64,000 nucleotides of DNA from contig CAWFFN010000012.1 in the NCBI GenBank assembly GCA_963815115.1, positions 704,001 through 768,000 of the forward strand, written 5' to 3'. Positions within the stretch are counted from its first letter, which is position 1, and each line of letters begins with the position of its first letter. The notes under the pieces were generated by a model. The model saw only the letters and a list, made by a program, of their open reading frames with translations. It made no database searches and was not told the DNA's origin. The DNA comes from an uncultured delta proteobacterium. Lineage in GTDB: Bacteria; Desulfobacterota; Binatia; DP-6. This document shows positions 49,719 to 59,889 of this stretch, piece after piece. Both the position numbers and the translations under genes were made by a program.

Positions 49719-50131
49719 CGACGCGTCCGGAACGACGGGGACAGTGCGGCCAGGCCATGGTGGAGACGGCCATCGTGGTCGTGCTCTTCGTCACGCTGGT
49801 CATGTGCGCGCTCGAGTTCGGCCGCGCCTGGATGGTCGCCAACATGATCACCCACGCCGCGCGGGACGGGGCTCGCATCGCGGCCGTCGTGCCAGCCACG
49901 GGCCGGAGCTCGAGCGGGGTCATCTCGAGCACGTCGTCGATCCAGAGCCAGGTGCTGACCGACATCCAGAACGTCGTGCCCACGACCGGCCTCACCGTCA
50001 ACGTCACCCAGCCGACGGTCAGCGGCATCCCGATGGTGCAGGTTCAGGTCAGCGGCACCGTTCCCTACCTGTTCTACAACTCGAACATATCGGTCTCCCG
50101 CACGGTCACCTTCCGCGACGAGGGCCGATGA
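49715..50131 (+). CDS. tadE: TadE-like pseudopilin
   Basis: G|QAMVETAIV..LEFGR...ITHAARDGARIAAV. Confidence 0.88.
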   Translation: MTTRPERRGQCGQAMVETAIVVVLFVTLVMCALEFGRAWMVANMITHAARDGARIAAVVPATGRSSSGVISSTSSIQSQVLTDIQNVVPTTGLTVNVTQPTVSGIPMVQVQVSGTVPYLFYNSNISVSRTVTFRDEGR

Positions 50132-51120
50132 TGTTCCGCGCTGATTCGCCGAGAGGAACACACCGAGTGACACACACGAGAGCACGGACGTCGATGCGAG
50201 GGGGACGAAAGGACGAGCGGGGCGTGGCCGTGGTGGCCCTCGCCCTCTCGATGACCGCGCTCTTCGGGCTCGCCGCGGTCGCGGTCGACGTCGGGCGGAT
50301 CGCACACACCGCCACCGAGGTGCAGACCGTGGCGGACATCGCAGCGACGGCCGGCGCAACGAACCTGCTGAAGGGCGGCACTGCGGCCAGCGCGCGGACG
50401 GACGCGCAGTCGGTGGTGGCGCAGAACAAGGTCGCGGGATCGGCGGCCACGATCCAGTCGGCCAACATCGAGGTGGGCCAGTACAATCCGCAGACCAACG
50501 CCTTCACCAACGGCGCCACGCCGCCGAACGCGGTGCGCGCGACCCCGAGCCAGACCGTAGCGAACCTGTTCGCGGGATTCTTCGGCTCGAGCTTCGCGAA
50601 CACGACGATCACCAAGACGGCAACGGCGGGATTCGTCGGGCTCGGCCAGGCCGCGCCCACACTGCCACTCGCGATCGGCGCCTGCAACTTCCAGGCGCTA
50701 CAGTCCTGCTTCGCCAGCTCGAACTGCCTTCCCAGATTTACCCAGGCCCCCAACGGCACCGACAACACCGGCTGGATCAAAACCGGCGACTTCCTCCCCA
50801 CGGCCTGCGGCGGCAGCCCGACCACGGTGAACATCGGCGACTCGCTCCCGCTCCAGAACGGCCAGACGAGCGGTCTGAAGGACATCAGCGACTGCTTCCA
50901 GCAGGGGACCACCGAGTACACGGTTCCGATCGTGGACGGGCCGTGCGACGGAAACTTCAACCATTCGCGCACGGTGGTGGGCTTCGCGACGGTCGTCGTG
51001 ACGGCCGTGAAGGCCACCGGCAGCAACAAGGGCATCGATCTCGGCGCGATCTTCAAGCAGGTCTCGGGGCCGGCAGGCGGCGGCGCCTACGGAACCGGGC
51101 AGATGCGAATGTTCAACTGA
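50128..51120 (+). CDS. tadG: TadG-like pilus assembly/adhesin protein (start uncertain: 50128, 50167 or 50194)
   Basis: DERG|VAVVALAL...AVDVGR...QTVADIAATAGA; Cys-containing C-terminal domain. Confidence 0.8.
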   Translation: MMFRADSPRGTHRVTHTRARTSMRGGRKDERGVAVVALALSMTALFGLAAVAVDVGRIAHTATEVQTVADIAATAGATNLLKGGTAASARTDAQSVVAQNKVAGSAATIQSANIEVGQYNPQTNAFTNGATPPNAVRATPSQTVANLFAGFFGSSFANTTITKTATAGFVGLGQAAPTLPLAIGACNFQALQSCFASSNCLPRFTQAPNGTDNTGWIKTGDFLPTACGGSPTTVNIGDSLPLQNGQTSGLKDISDCFQQGTTEYTVPIVDGPCDGNFNHSRTVVGFATVVVTAVKATGSNKGIDLGAIFKQVSGPAGGGAYGTGQMRMFN

Positions 51121-51144
51121 GCCCAGGAGGAGAGAACAGCGAGT

Positions 51145-52329
51145 ATGACGAGCCAGGGAAACATGATCTGGGCCGGTGACGGGGCCGAGGGCCGAGCGCT
51201 CATCGAAGCCACCGCGCGCGAGGTCGGGCTCGACGTCCGCTTCTGCGCGCTGCGAGAGCTCGGCGACAAGACCCCGACCGGTCGGGACGAGCTGATCGGC
51301 ATCGAGGTCGGTGCCGACCCGGCACGCGCCCTCACCCTGGTGACGCAGCTGCACGGCCGCTTGCCGCGTGCGGCCATCCTCGTGGCCTCGCCCGACGGCA
51401 GCGTCGGCTTCGTCCGCCAGGCGATCCAGGCGGGCGCGAGCGACGTGCTGTCGCTGCCGCTACAGTCGAACGAACTGCACAAGGCGCTCATCCGCTCGGC
51501 GCACACGGGACCAAGGATGCCCGCGGCGCAGGAATCGCTCGGCGACGTCATCACGGTGTGCGGCGCCCGCGGCGGCCTCGGCGCGACCACGCTGGCCGTC
51601 AACCTGGCCTCCAAGCTCGCCTGTGTCGCCGAGGGCGAGGTGGTGCTGGTCGACCTCGACCTGCAGCGCGGCGATGTCGCCGCCTTCCTGAACCTCACGC
51701 CGATGAACTCGCTCGCCAATCTGGCCACGGCGCCGGGCGAGATCGACGAGATCTTCCTGGCCGGCACCCTGACCCGGCACCCGAACGGCGTGTTCGTGCT
51801 GCCCGCGCCGACCGAGATCGAGGAAGCCGACTCGGTCGGTCACGACGAGATCAAGCTCGCGCTCGATCTGCTGCGCGCCCGGTTCCGTTACACGGTGGTG
51901 GACACGTCGCGCACGGTGACCGGCGTCACCGTGGCGGCGATCGAGGCCAGCCGGAGGGTGCTGCTTCTGAGCGATCTCTCGGTGCCCGGAGTTCGCGCGG
52001 CACGGCGTACCGTCGAGCTGCTCGCCAGACTCGGGCTGCCGCAGGATCGCATCGAGCTACTGGTAACCGAGGCCGTCCCCGGTCCTGTCAGCCTGCAAGA
52101 CGCCGCCCGTGCGATCGGGAAGACCCCGTTCTTCGTGGTCCCGCGCGACGATGCCTCGGCCGCCGAGGCGATGAATCACGGTGCGCCGCTCAACGGCAAG
52201 CCGACCAAGCTCGCGCTCGCGATGGCCGAGCTGGCCGCCAAGGTGGCGGGCGTTCCCGCCGTCGGCAAACCCGGGACGGGCCAGCGGCTGCGCAGGCTCT
52301 TCACCCGCAACGAGAGGGTCCACGCATGA
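51145..52329 (+). CDS. cpaE: CpaE/TadZ (degenerate REC plus MinD-like ATPase)
   Basis: [44 protein letters not shown]. Confidence 0.88.
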   Translation: MTSQGNMIWAGDGAEGRALIEATAREVGLDVRFCALRELGDKTPTGRDELIGIEVGADPARALTLVTQLHGRLPRAAILVASPDGSVGFVRQAIQAGASDVLSLPLQSNELHKALIRSAHTGPRMPAAQESLGDVITVCGARGGLGATTLAVNLASKLACVAEGEVVLVDLDLQRGDVAAFLNLTPMNSLANLATAPGEIDEIFLAGTLTRHPNGVFVLPAPTEIEEADSVGHDEIKLALDLLRARFRYTVVDTSRTVTGVTVAAIEASRRVLLLSDLSVPGVRAARRTVELLARLGLPQDRIELLVTEAVPGPVSLQDAARAIGKTPFFVVPRDDASAAEAMNHGAPLNGKPTKLALAMAELAAKVAGVPAVGKPGTGQRLRRLFTRNERVHA

Positions 52330-53699
52330 AGCTCCGCGATCGCTTCGGAATCGTTCCCAAGGTCACGCCGGTCCCCGCCAAGAGCGCGGAGCCCGTCGTC
52401 CGCCTCGTCACCCGGACGCGCTCGACGCCGGCGGACCGCAACTACCAGGACCTGAAGCTGCGCATCCACCGCGACCTGATCGACCGCATCGACCTGAGCA
52501 ACCTCGGGCGAGTGGACCTGGAGAGCGCAAACGCCGAGCTGCGGCGGGCGATCGTCGAGCTGATCGACGAGCAGGCCGTGCCGCTCAGCCAGCGCGACCG
52601 CGAGCAGCTCGGTGAGGAGATCCTGAACGAGGTGCACGGCCTGGGCCCGATCGAGCCGCTGATGCACGACCCCGATGTGTGCGACATCCTGGTCAACACG
52701 GCGCGGCAGGTCTACGTCGAGCGCAACGGCAAGCTCGAGCTGACGCCGGTCGTGTTCCGGGACAGCACCCACCTGCTGCAGATCATCGACCGGATCGTCT
52801 CGCGAGTGGGCCGGCGCATCGACGAGTCGTCGCCCATGGTCGACGCCCGCCTGCCCGACGGCTCGCGCGTGAATGCGGTGATCCCGCCCCTCGCGCTGGA
52901 CGGCCCTCTGCTCTCGATCCGCCGCTTCGGTCGCGACCCGCTCACCGTCGACGACCTGGTGGGGCTCGGATCGCTCACGCCCGAACTGGTCGCGGTGCTG
53001 CACGAGATGGTGCGGGCGCGGCTCAACATCCTGGTCTCCGGCGGCACGGGATCGGGGAAGACGACGCTCCTCAACTGCCTCTCGTCCTTCATCCCCGACT
53101 CGGAGCGCATCGTCACCATCGAGGACTCGGCCGAGCTGCAGCTCCAGCAGTCCCACGTGTGCCGGCTGGAGACCCGCCCCGCCAACGTCGAAGGCCGAGG
53201 CGAGATCACGCAGCGCGACCTGCTGCGCAACACGCTGCGCATGCGGCCCGACCGCATCATCGTCGGCGAGGTGCGCGGCGCCGAGGCGCTCGACATGCTG
53301 CAGGCGATGAACACCGGCCACGACGGCTCGATCTCCACCCTGCACGCCAACGCGCCGCGCGATGCGATCAACCGCCTCGAGATGATGATCCAGATGGCCG
53401 GCTTCGAGCTGCCATCGAAAGCCATGCGGCAGCAGATCAGCCTCGCCCTCGACGTCATCGTGCAGACGGCACGGCTCGCCGACGGCACGCGCAGGATCAC
53501 CTCCGTGAGCGAGGTCGCCGGCATGGAGGGCGACACCATCATGCTGCAGGAGCTGTTCGCCTTCGAGCGCGACGGCGTCGAGGACGGCCGCGTCGTCGGG
53601 CGGCTCGTGTCGACGGGCCTCCGACCGCGGTTCGCGGATCGGGTGAAGGCGTCGAGCCACGAGGTCGATCCCACGGTCTTCGACTATCTGAAGGGCTGA
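52326..53699 (+). CDS. cpaF: Tad pilus ATPase CpaF/TadA
   Basis: [64 protein letters not shown]. Confidence 0.96.
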   Translation: MKLRDRFGIVPKVTPVPAKSAEPVVRLVTRTRSTPADRNYQDLKLRIHRDLIDRIDLSNLGRVDLESANAELRRAIVELIDEQAVPLSQRDREQLGEEILNEVHGLGPIEPLMHDPDVCDILVNTARQVYVERNGKLELTPVVFRDSTHLLQIIDRIVSRVGRRIDESSPMVDARLPDGSRVNAVIPPLALDGPLLSIRRFGRDPLTVDDLVGLGSLTPELVAVLHEMVRARLNILVSGGTGSGKTTLLNCLSSFIPDSERIVTIEDSAELQLQQSHVCRLETRPANVEGRGEITQRDLLRNTLRMRPDRIIVGEVRGAEALDMLQAMNTGHDGSISTLHANAPRDAINRLEMMIQMAGFELPSKAMRQQISLALDVIVQTARLADGTRRITSVSEVAGMEGDTIMLQELFAFERDGVEDGRVVGRLVSTGLRPRFADRVKASSHEVDPTVFDYLKG

Positions 53700-53711
53700 G
53701 GGGGTACGGAC

Positions 53712-54674
53712 ATGTTCGCCGGACTTGCGCTGCTGATATTCGTCTCCCTGGCCCTCGCGGGGTACGCGCTCGCGACCATCCTGCGCGCCCGCGACGAGGC
53801 GAGAGCGATCCTCGACCGACGCCTCTGGACGATGACGGGCGCGGGGGACGGCAAGCTCCACAAGGCGGTGCTGAAGGACCGGCGGCTCTCCGCCATCGGC
53901 TTCGTGAACGCGTTGCTGCCGCGCCTCGGCGTCGTGCAGCCGCTGATGCGAATGACCGCCCGCGCGGGACTCAAGAAGCGCGTCGGCGAGGTCCTGCTCT
54001 ACGTCGCGCTGGCGGCGTGCGCGGTCACCCTGCTCGTCACGCTGGCGACGGGGAACTTGCTGCTCGGCATCCTGAGCGGAGCCGTCGGTGGTGTTGTCCC
54101 GCTCCTGGTCGTCCGCCGGATGGCCCGCCGACGCTCGCAGCGCTTCGCCGAGCAGCTTCCCGACGCACTCGACCTCGCGCGGGCGGCGCTCCAGGCCGGG
54201 CACGGCTTCATGGCGGCGCTGAGCGTCGTGGCGGACGAGTTCCCGGATCCGATCGCGCAGGAGTTCCGGGAGGTCACCGAGGAGGTCCGGCTCGGGCTCT
54301 CGCTGCGCGAGGCGCTCGACGACATGGCCGACCGGGTCGGCACTCCGGACCTCGCGCTCCTCCAGGTGGGCGTGCTGGTCGCGCAGGACATCGGCGGCAA
54401 TCTCGCCGAGGTGCTGGACAACATCAGCTACACCATCCGCGAGCGCTTCAAGGTGCAGCGGGAGACGAGGGTGCTCACCGCGCAGGGCCGGCTGTCGGGC
54501 GGCGTGCTGACCGTGCTGCCCTTCCTGGTGGCCATCGGCATGTCGATCTTCAACCCGGGCTACCTCTCCCCCATGTTCGAGTCCGAAACCGGCCGGCACA
54601 TGCTCATGTATGCCGCTGGCAGCCTGCTCGTCGGACACTTCGTCATCCGTCGGCTCGTCTCTATCAAGGTCTGA
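53712..54674 (+). CDS. tadB: Tad inner-membrane platform protein TadB
   Basis: QLPDALDL..ALQAGH, GGNLAEVLDNI...IRER, TAQGRLSG. Confidence 0.92.
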   Translation: MFAGLALLIFVSLALAGYALATILRARDEARAILDRRLWTMTGAGDGKLHKAVLKDRRLSAIGFVNALLPRLGVVQPLMRMTARAGLKKRVGEVLLYVALAACAVTLLVTLATGNLLLGILSGAVGGVVPLLVVRRMARRRSQRFAEQLPDALDLARAALQAGHGFMAALSVVADEFPDPIAQEFREVTEEVRLGLSLREALDDMADRVGTPDLALLQVGVLVAQDIGGNLAEVLDNISYTIRERFKVQRETRVLTAQGRLSGGVLTVLPFLVAIGMSIFNPGYLSPMFESETGRHMLMYAAGSLLVGHFVIRRLVSIKV

Positions 54675-54681
54675 GGACGCC

Positions 54682-55611
54682 ATGACCATCGAGCTGCTCA
54701 CCTTCGCCACCTTCGTCACCGTTACCGGACTGGCCCTCGCCCTCTTCCAGGCGGTGATGGGCGAGTCGGCGGTCGCCCAGCGCGTGAGGGCCCTCGTCGG
54801 TGAGCCCGCACGAACCGGGGCAGATCGCGGGGCACCACGCGCAGCCCGCCCGGGACTCACCGCCCGCGCGCTCGCCCAGATCGGCCAGTACGGCCCCTCG
54901 GGCGACAGGTCGCTTTCCCAGCGTCTGGTGGTCGCGGGCTTTCGTCGCGCGAATGCGCCCGCCGTCTTTCTCGGGGTGCGCACGGTTCTGAGCCTCGCTC
55001 CGGCGCTGCTGCTCCTCGTGAAGGGGGTGTCCAGCGGCATGCCTCTCGGCGGCGCCCTAGCGACCGCGGGTATGGTCTGGCTGAACGGCCATGTGCTCGC
55101 GAACATGTTGCTCAAGCGCCGCGCCCGTACTCGGGCCAACCAGATCACGACCGCGCTGCCCGATGCGCTCGATCTGATGGTCGTCTGTCTCGAGGCCGGG
55201 ATGGGGCTGAACGCGACCATCGCGAAGGTAGGCGAGGAGCGCTCGACGATCGAGGACATCCTCGGCGACGAGTTCGCGCAGGTGGCCCTGGAGCTGCGTA
55301 ACGGGCGGACCCGTGAGGAAGCCCTGCGGTCGCTCGCCAACCGCAACGGCTCCGATGATCTGAAGTCGCTGGTCGGCCTCGTCATCCAGAGCGATCGGCT
55401 GGGTGCCAGCATGGCGAAGACGCTCCGCACGCATGCCGACCTCCTGCGTACGAAGCGGCGCCAGCGCGCCGAGGAGGCGGCCCGCAAGCTGCCCATCAAG
55501 ATGCTCATTCCGCTGGCGGCATTGATCCTGCCGGCGCTCTTCGTGGTCACGACGGGCCCCGCGATCCTCAAGATCGGCGATCTGGGCACGATCATGGGTG
55601 GCAAGCACTGA
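54682..55611 (+). CDS. tadC: Tad inner-membrane platform protein TadC
   Basis: LPDALDLMVVCLEAGMGL, IQSDRLGAS, AEEAARKLPIKMLIPL..LILPAL. Confidence 0.92.
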   Translation: MTIELLTFATFVTVTGLALALFQAVMGESAVAQRVRALVGEPARTGADRGAPRAARPGLTARALAQIGQYGPSGDRSLSQRLVVAGFRRANAPAVFLGVRTVLSLAPALLLLVKGVSSGMPLGGALATAGMVWLNGHVLANMLLKRRARTRANQITTALPDALDLMVVCLEAGMGLNATIAKVGEERSTIEDILGDEFAQVALELRNGRTREEALRSLANRNGSDDLKSLVGLVIQSDRLGASMAKTLRTHADLLRTKRRQRAEEAARKLPIKMLIPLAALILPALFVVTTGPAILKIGDLGTIMGGKH

Positions 55612-55616
55612 GGGCC

Positions 55617-56606
55617 ATGGAGAGAACGGACCGCATGCTCCGTGCGAGTGCCGGCCCGGTGGTACTGGCCGACCGGCTGCGTCCCGCACACACGCACTGG
55701 ACGCGGCTGCGGGGGCTGCTTGGCACCAGGCATCTCGCCCCTGGCGAGGGCCTCTGGATCAGGCCCTCGAGCCAGGTCCACTCCTTCGGCATGGCCTACG
55801 CGCTCGACCTGGTCTTCCTCGACGAAGCCGGCCGCGTGCTGCACTTGGTGCACGCCCTGGCACCGAATCGGATCTCGCCGCGCGTGGCGGGCGCGACCAG
55901 CGTGCTCGAGCTGCCCGCGGGAACGCTGGCGGGCGTCGCGCTGACGCAGGGCGACCGCGTCGAGATCGACGGCGTGACGGAGTCGATGCGATCGATACGG
56001 GCCGACGTGGTCGGTGCGCTCCTGTCGAACCTCACGCTCGCATTGCTGTACGGCCTCTTCGCCGCAGCGCACGTGACCAACGCCGTCGCGACGGGACAGT
56101 GGGCGACCACGATGCCCCTGGTGGCACAGGAGGCGTTACTCGTGGTGCTCTTCCTCACCCGCCGCCGCAGCGTCGCCACGTCGGGCCGCGCGCTGGATTG
56201 GATCGTAGGCGTTGCCGGAACGGTGCTGCCGCTCTTCATGCGGCCCGGCGATGTGCTCGGCCCGCTCAGCTGGTTCGGACAGCCGTTGCAGTGCCTCGGA
56301 CTGGCAGCCGCGGTCCTCGGTCTCGCGTCCCTGGGACGCAGCGTCGGGGTGGTTGCCGCCAACCGCGGCATCAAGACGTCCGGCCTCTACCAGTTCGTGC
56401 GCCACCCGGCATACGCGGGGTACCTGCTGGGCTACGTCGGCTACGTCATCTCCTACCCGACTCCCCGCAACGCGCTGCTCGCGGCCGCCACCCTGCTCGC
56501 GCTCAACGCGCGCGCGATCGTCGAGGAGCGCTTCCTTGCGCAGGACGCGGGCTACCGCGTCTACCTGCGCGGGATCCGCTGGCGCTTCCTACCCTACGTC
56601 TACTAG
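55617..56606 (+). CDS. DUF192 domain fused to an ICMT/PEMT-family membrane methyltransferase
   Basis: RLRGLLG..GEGLWI..VHSFGMAYALDLVFLD..VLELPAG (DUF192), then ANRGIKTSGLYQFVRHPAYAGY..EERFL..Y..RWRFLP (ICMT-like). Confidence 0.8.
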   Translation: MERTDRMLRASAGPVVLADRLRPAHTHWTRLRGLLGTRHLAPGEGLWIRPSSQVHSFGMAYALDLVFLDEAGRVLHLVHALAPNRISPRVAGATSVLELPAGTLAGVALTQGDRVEIDGVTESMRSIRADVVGALLSNLTLALLYGLFAAAHVTNAVATGQWATTMPLVAQEALLVVLFLTRRRSVATSGRALDWIVGVAGTVLPLFMRPGDVLGPLSWFGQPLQCLGLAAAVLGLASLGRSVGVVAANRGIKTSGLYQFVRHPAYAGYLLGYVGYVISYPTPRNALLAAATLLALNARAIVEERFLAQDAGYRVYLRGIRWRFLPYVY

Positions 56607-58093
56607 GGAAACGTGGTCGGTAGTAGCTGACCGCGGCGGTCGGCGCGTGGGAGCGCGAGACCGGGCCTCGCGAACAGCTGGTAGACGTCGTCCTGATAGA
56701 CGAGTGGCCACGAGGCGTTCTCCTCGAGTGCGAGCGACAGGCGTCGCGACCTTGGCACCAGGACCGCATCGGTAGGGTACCTCTCGAGGACGTCGCGCCA
56801 CCCGGGCGACGCATCGTACAGGCCGACGTTCTCGGCCAGTGCCTCCGGAGGATAGGCAGCCTCGAAGCGACCGTCGAAGCTGACCTTGACGGCGGGATGG
56901 AGCTTCCAGCTGACGAACGCGCCGACCTCGAAGGGGACCATGAGGTTGCCGTGGAACCCGTTCTGCCGGAGGTAGTCGACGGCGCCCACCGGGTAAAGAA
57001 CGGAGGGGTGCTCGCCGGGATTCGCGGGGAGGTACACGTCCCAGGGCCTCTCCCGGACCACGGCGACGGCTGCGAGCATGGCCACGAGACCCCACAGCGC
57101 TACCGGCGCGCGACGTCGAGCCCAGAACGCCCGCAGCATCGCCCCGAGCCGCGTCGGCTCGATCTGTGCGGGCACGTGGCAGAGCCAGACGACGGCGTAG
57201 ATCGACAGGTGGCGCTGGTGGCGCAGCGCCGCGTAGCCGGCGACGAGCACGAGCGGCCACCCGGGTGCATCGCGCACGCCGCGCATCGCCAGGGCGTAGC
57301 CGATGACGGCGAGCGAGACGCCGAACGGCGCCAGGTTCGGGACTCCGCCCGCCCACAACGGTTGCCATTCGGCCACCAGCGAGCGATCGAGGCGGAGGGC
57401 GGTCCACAGGTACGGGAAGTAGTGGTACCCGTAGGGATTGGCCGCGATGAGCGCGACCATCGCGACGCCGACCAGGACGAGGTGGACCGCCGGCCTCCGT
57501 CGGACGATCTGCTCGAGCGTGTGCAGCCAGAAGAAGACGAGCCCGACGACGAAGCCCCCGTGGCAGTTGAGCCAGAGAACGTAGAGCGCGAGCCACGGGA
57601 CGATCCAGCCCCTCCGTCCGCGTCGGTCGGCCTCCAGACACCAGAGCAGCACCACCACGAACAGCAGCGTGAAGACCTGGGCGCGGAGCGTGGTCATGCC
57701 CACCCAGCTCATCATGATCGCGACCGGCGTCAGCACGGTCAGGACGCCCAGGCTCGCGCCGCGGCGGCGGGCGAGCTCGAAGGCGCCCGTCGCGATGCCG
57801 AGCGTGAGGATCCACTTGAGGGCCTGCAGTCCCGCGAGACCACCGCGCGTGAGCGCCACATAGACGATCGCCGCCTCGGCCCACTCGTGGTGCACGACAG
57901 GGTAGACGGTCGGGGTGTACGCGAAGCGGTCCTCGAGGGGGATGCGGCCGAGCGCGTGGCTCTCCCGGACGAGGGCGATCCCGTGGAACATGTCGGGATC
58001 GACGAACGTTGCGACACCCGAGGCGAACAGGAGCAGGAGAGCTGCGAGAGCGAGCGCGTTCTTGGCATGGCCCGCTGACGCTGGGGATCGCAT
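56603..58093 (-). CDS. Polytopic membrane protein, possible GT-C-type glycosyltransferase
   Basis: DPD after TM1, IPLEDRFAYT..HHEW, LWLNCHGGF, NPYG, EWQP, about 11 hydrophobic segments and a C-terminal soluble domain. Confidence 0.55.
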   Translation of the reverse strand: MRSPASAGHAKNALALAALLLLFASGVATFVDPDMFHGIALVRESHALGRIPLEDRFAYTPTVYPVVHHEWAEAAIVYVALTRGGLAGLQALKWILTLGIATGAFELARRRGASLGVLTVLTPVAIMMSWVGMTTLRAQVFTLLFVVVLLWCLEADRRGRRGWIVPWLALYVLWLNCHGGFVVGLVFFWLHTLEQIVRRRPAVHLVLVGVAMVALIAANPYGYHYFPYLWTALRLDRSLVAEWQPLWAGGVPNLAPFGVSLAVIGYALAMRGVRDAPGWPLVLVAGYAALRHQRHLSIYAVVWLCHVPAQIEPTRLGAMLRAFWARRRAPVALWGLVAMLAAVAVVRERPWDVYLPANPGEHPSVLYPVGAVDYLRQNGFHGNLMVPFEVGAFVSWKLHPAVKVSFDGRFEAAYPPEALAENVGLYDASPGWRDVLERYPTDAVLVPRSRRLSLALEENASWPLVYQDDVYQLFARPGLALPRADRRGQLLPTTFP

Positions 58094-58255
58094 GGAGGGG
58101 ATGAGGTTGCTCGGCGGCGACCCCACCTGCAAGCGGGTCTCGGCTGCGAATGCGTTTCAACTCCGAGCGTCCCCGTTGACGCGGGCGGGGAGCCGGGGGT
58201 AGCGGAGCGCGAGCCGAACGGCCCGCTCCGGAGTATCCGGGGGAGGGGAGAATCG

Positions 58256-58611
58256 ATGATACCGCCGTCCGTCGCCGCTCGCATGACCGTCGTGGCCCTG
58301 TTGGCCGTCCTGCAAGCTCCGGGAGTGGCAACCGGTCAGCCCGACTCTCGACGACGACGACCACGAGTGGCACGACGTCGAGCCCGAAGGCCACTCAGGC
58401 GCCGGGCTGCTCGGCACTCGGCGCGATGTGCGGCCACTGCGGGCCAGCGGGACAATGCCTGGAGCATGTGGATCCTGGACCGCCGGCGCGGGTGTGCGTG
58501 AACGGCGGATTCTGCGTCGAGGTCGGCTGCGGCGCCGACGCGCAATGCCTGCCACACCAGACCTGCGCCACCCTCGGTGATGTCAGCGCGTGCTGTGCGC
58601 GCTGTCCCTGA
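58256..58611 (+). CDS. Small secreted protein with Thr/Ser linker and 12-Cys domain, apparently split by a frameshift near 58346
   Basis: The signal peptide (VVALLAVLQAPGVATG) is in one frame; STTTTTSGTTSS...GCSALGAMCGHC...ACCARCP* is in another. Confidence 0.6.
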
Positions 58612-58637
58612 ATCTCCCCGGCGCCGACGCCTCGGGC

Positions 58638-59843
58638 TCACGTCATCCCGGAGCGCGTCTTCGCCTGGCGGATGTAGCGCTGGAGATCCTCGCGATCGAT
58701 GAGCGACATGATCTCGACCCGGTTGCCTTCGAGCGTGCGGTAGATCAGGCGAACGTCGGTGGCGACGCGGATGCGATAGCAGCCGGGCAGTCCCTCGAGC
58801 GGGATGGCCCGCAGGCTCGGGTGACGCCAGTCCTCGGCGAGACGGTAGGTCTTCTCGAAGGCGTTGCGCACCACCTTGCGGTCCCAGCGCCGGATCGACT
58901 CGTAGAACTCGTCGGTGAAGATCGGCAGGCTCCACGCCGCGGCGGGGGCCGAGGGGCGTGCGGCCTCGTCGGTCGTGATGCGCGCCGGCCGCTCGTCCGC
59001 CTGCGCGCGCAACCGCGCCGACAGTGCGGACTCCGACTCGCGCGCTTCCTCGAGCTCGCCCTCGAGGGCGCGCAGGCGGCGACGGGCCGCCTCGAGCTCG
59101 CCAGTGAGGCGCGTGACCTCGCCGGCGGTACCCTCCCGGAGCTGGGCGCGCAGCGCGTCGCGCTCGCGCAGCAAGCGGTCGCGCTCCGTCTCGAGACGCT
59201 CGCGCGCGTCCTCCGCGGCACGCGCCTCGCGCCGGGCGGCCGCGACGCCACCTTCGAGCTCGACCAGCCGATCCTTCATCGTATCGACGCGCCTGAGCGC
59301 CCGCTCGCGCGCGCGCTGGGCGTGCGCCGCTTCCTTCTCCTTCTCCCTGGCGACGCGCTCGGCCTCCGTCTCGCCCGGCTCGCTGGCCGGCGCCGTGTCG
59401 GGCTCCTCCTCCGCGGCCTTGGCGCGCTCGTCGGCGTCGTCGAATTCCTTGACGATGGTCTGGACGAGCTCGACAGCCAGCGGGCCGCTCGCCGGCGTCT
59501 CGGCGACGAGCAGCGCCCACGCCAGGTCGCGCGCCGGATCGCGCGACGCGAGCACCAGGTTGCGCACCGCCTCGGCGCCGCCGTCGGTGCGCACGGCGGA
59601 GAGGAGAGGGGGCTCGCCCAGGTCTCTCAGCAGCGTCTTGTCGACGGTGCGGGCGACCTCGGCGTCGTCCTCGTAGTAGTCGACCAGGCTCCAGGCGAGG
59701 TCCCATGCCGACATGGTCTCGAGGCGCGTGCCGGGAGGCGCGGTGCCGAGGCGGCCGACGAGCTTCAGCAGCGCCTTCGGCGCCAGCGAGACGACGATGA
59801 AGGTCGTTCGCTGGTCGGCGGTGAGCGGGGAGAGCAGGGCCAC
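58638..59843 (-). CDS. Coiled-coil protein with C-terminal RelE/ParE-like domain
   Basis: Long Glu/Arg heptad region, then PIFTDEFYESIRR..HPSLRAIPLEGLPGCYRIRVATDVRLIY..IMSLIDREDL. Confidence 0.7.
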   Translation of the reverse strand: MALLSPLTADQRTTFIVVSLAPKALLKLVGRLGTAPPGTRLETMSAWDLAWSLVDYYEDDAEVARTVDKTLLRDLGEPPLLSAVRTDGGAEAVRNLVLASRDPARDLAWALLVAETPASGPLAVELVQTIVKEFDDADERAKAAEEEPDTAPASEPGETEAERVAREKEKEAAHAQRARERALRRVDTMKDRLVELEGGVAAARREARAAEDARERLETERDRLLRERDALRAQLREGTAGEVTRLTGELEAARRRLRALEGELEEARESESALSARLRAQADERPARITTDEAARPSAPAAAWSLPIFTDEFYESIRRWDRKVVRNAFEKTYRLAEDWRHPSLRAIPLEGLPGCYRIRVATDVRLIYRTLEGNRVEIMSLIDREDLQRYIRQAKTRSGMT

Positions 59844-59889
59844 GCCCCGATTGTATTCGTCCGCCACGGATGCGCCAGGAGCGGCGGGG

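Noticed and set aside
52176-56072. Long antisense ORFs (also 33529-37473, 2070-4562, 61175-63499 and others)
   Set aside because: Stop-poor shadow frames expected opposite genes in high-GC DNA; no recognisable motifs.
42648-56606. Myxococcus Kil-type predatory Tad system
   Set aside because: No FHA-domain proteins, which characterise Kil loci, are visible here.
39369-58637. Genomic island inserted after recD
   Set aside because: Parts look somewhat less GC-rich by eye, but I found no integrase, tRNA or flanking direct repeats; a GC/codon computation would be needed.
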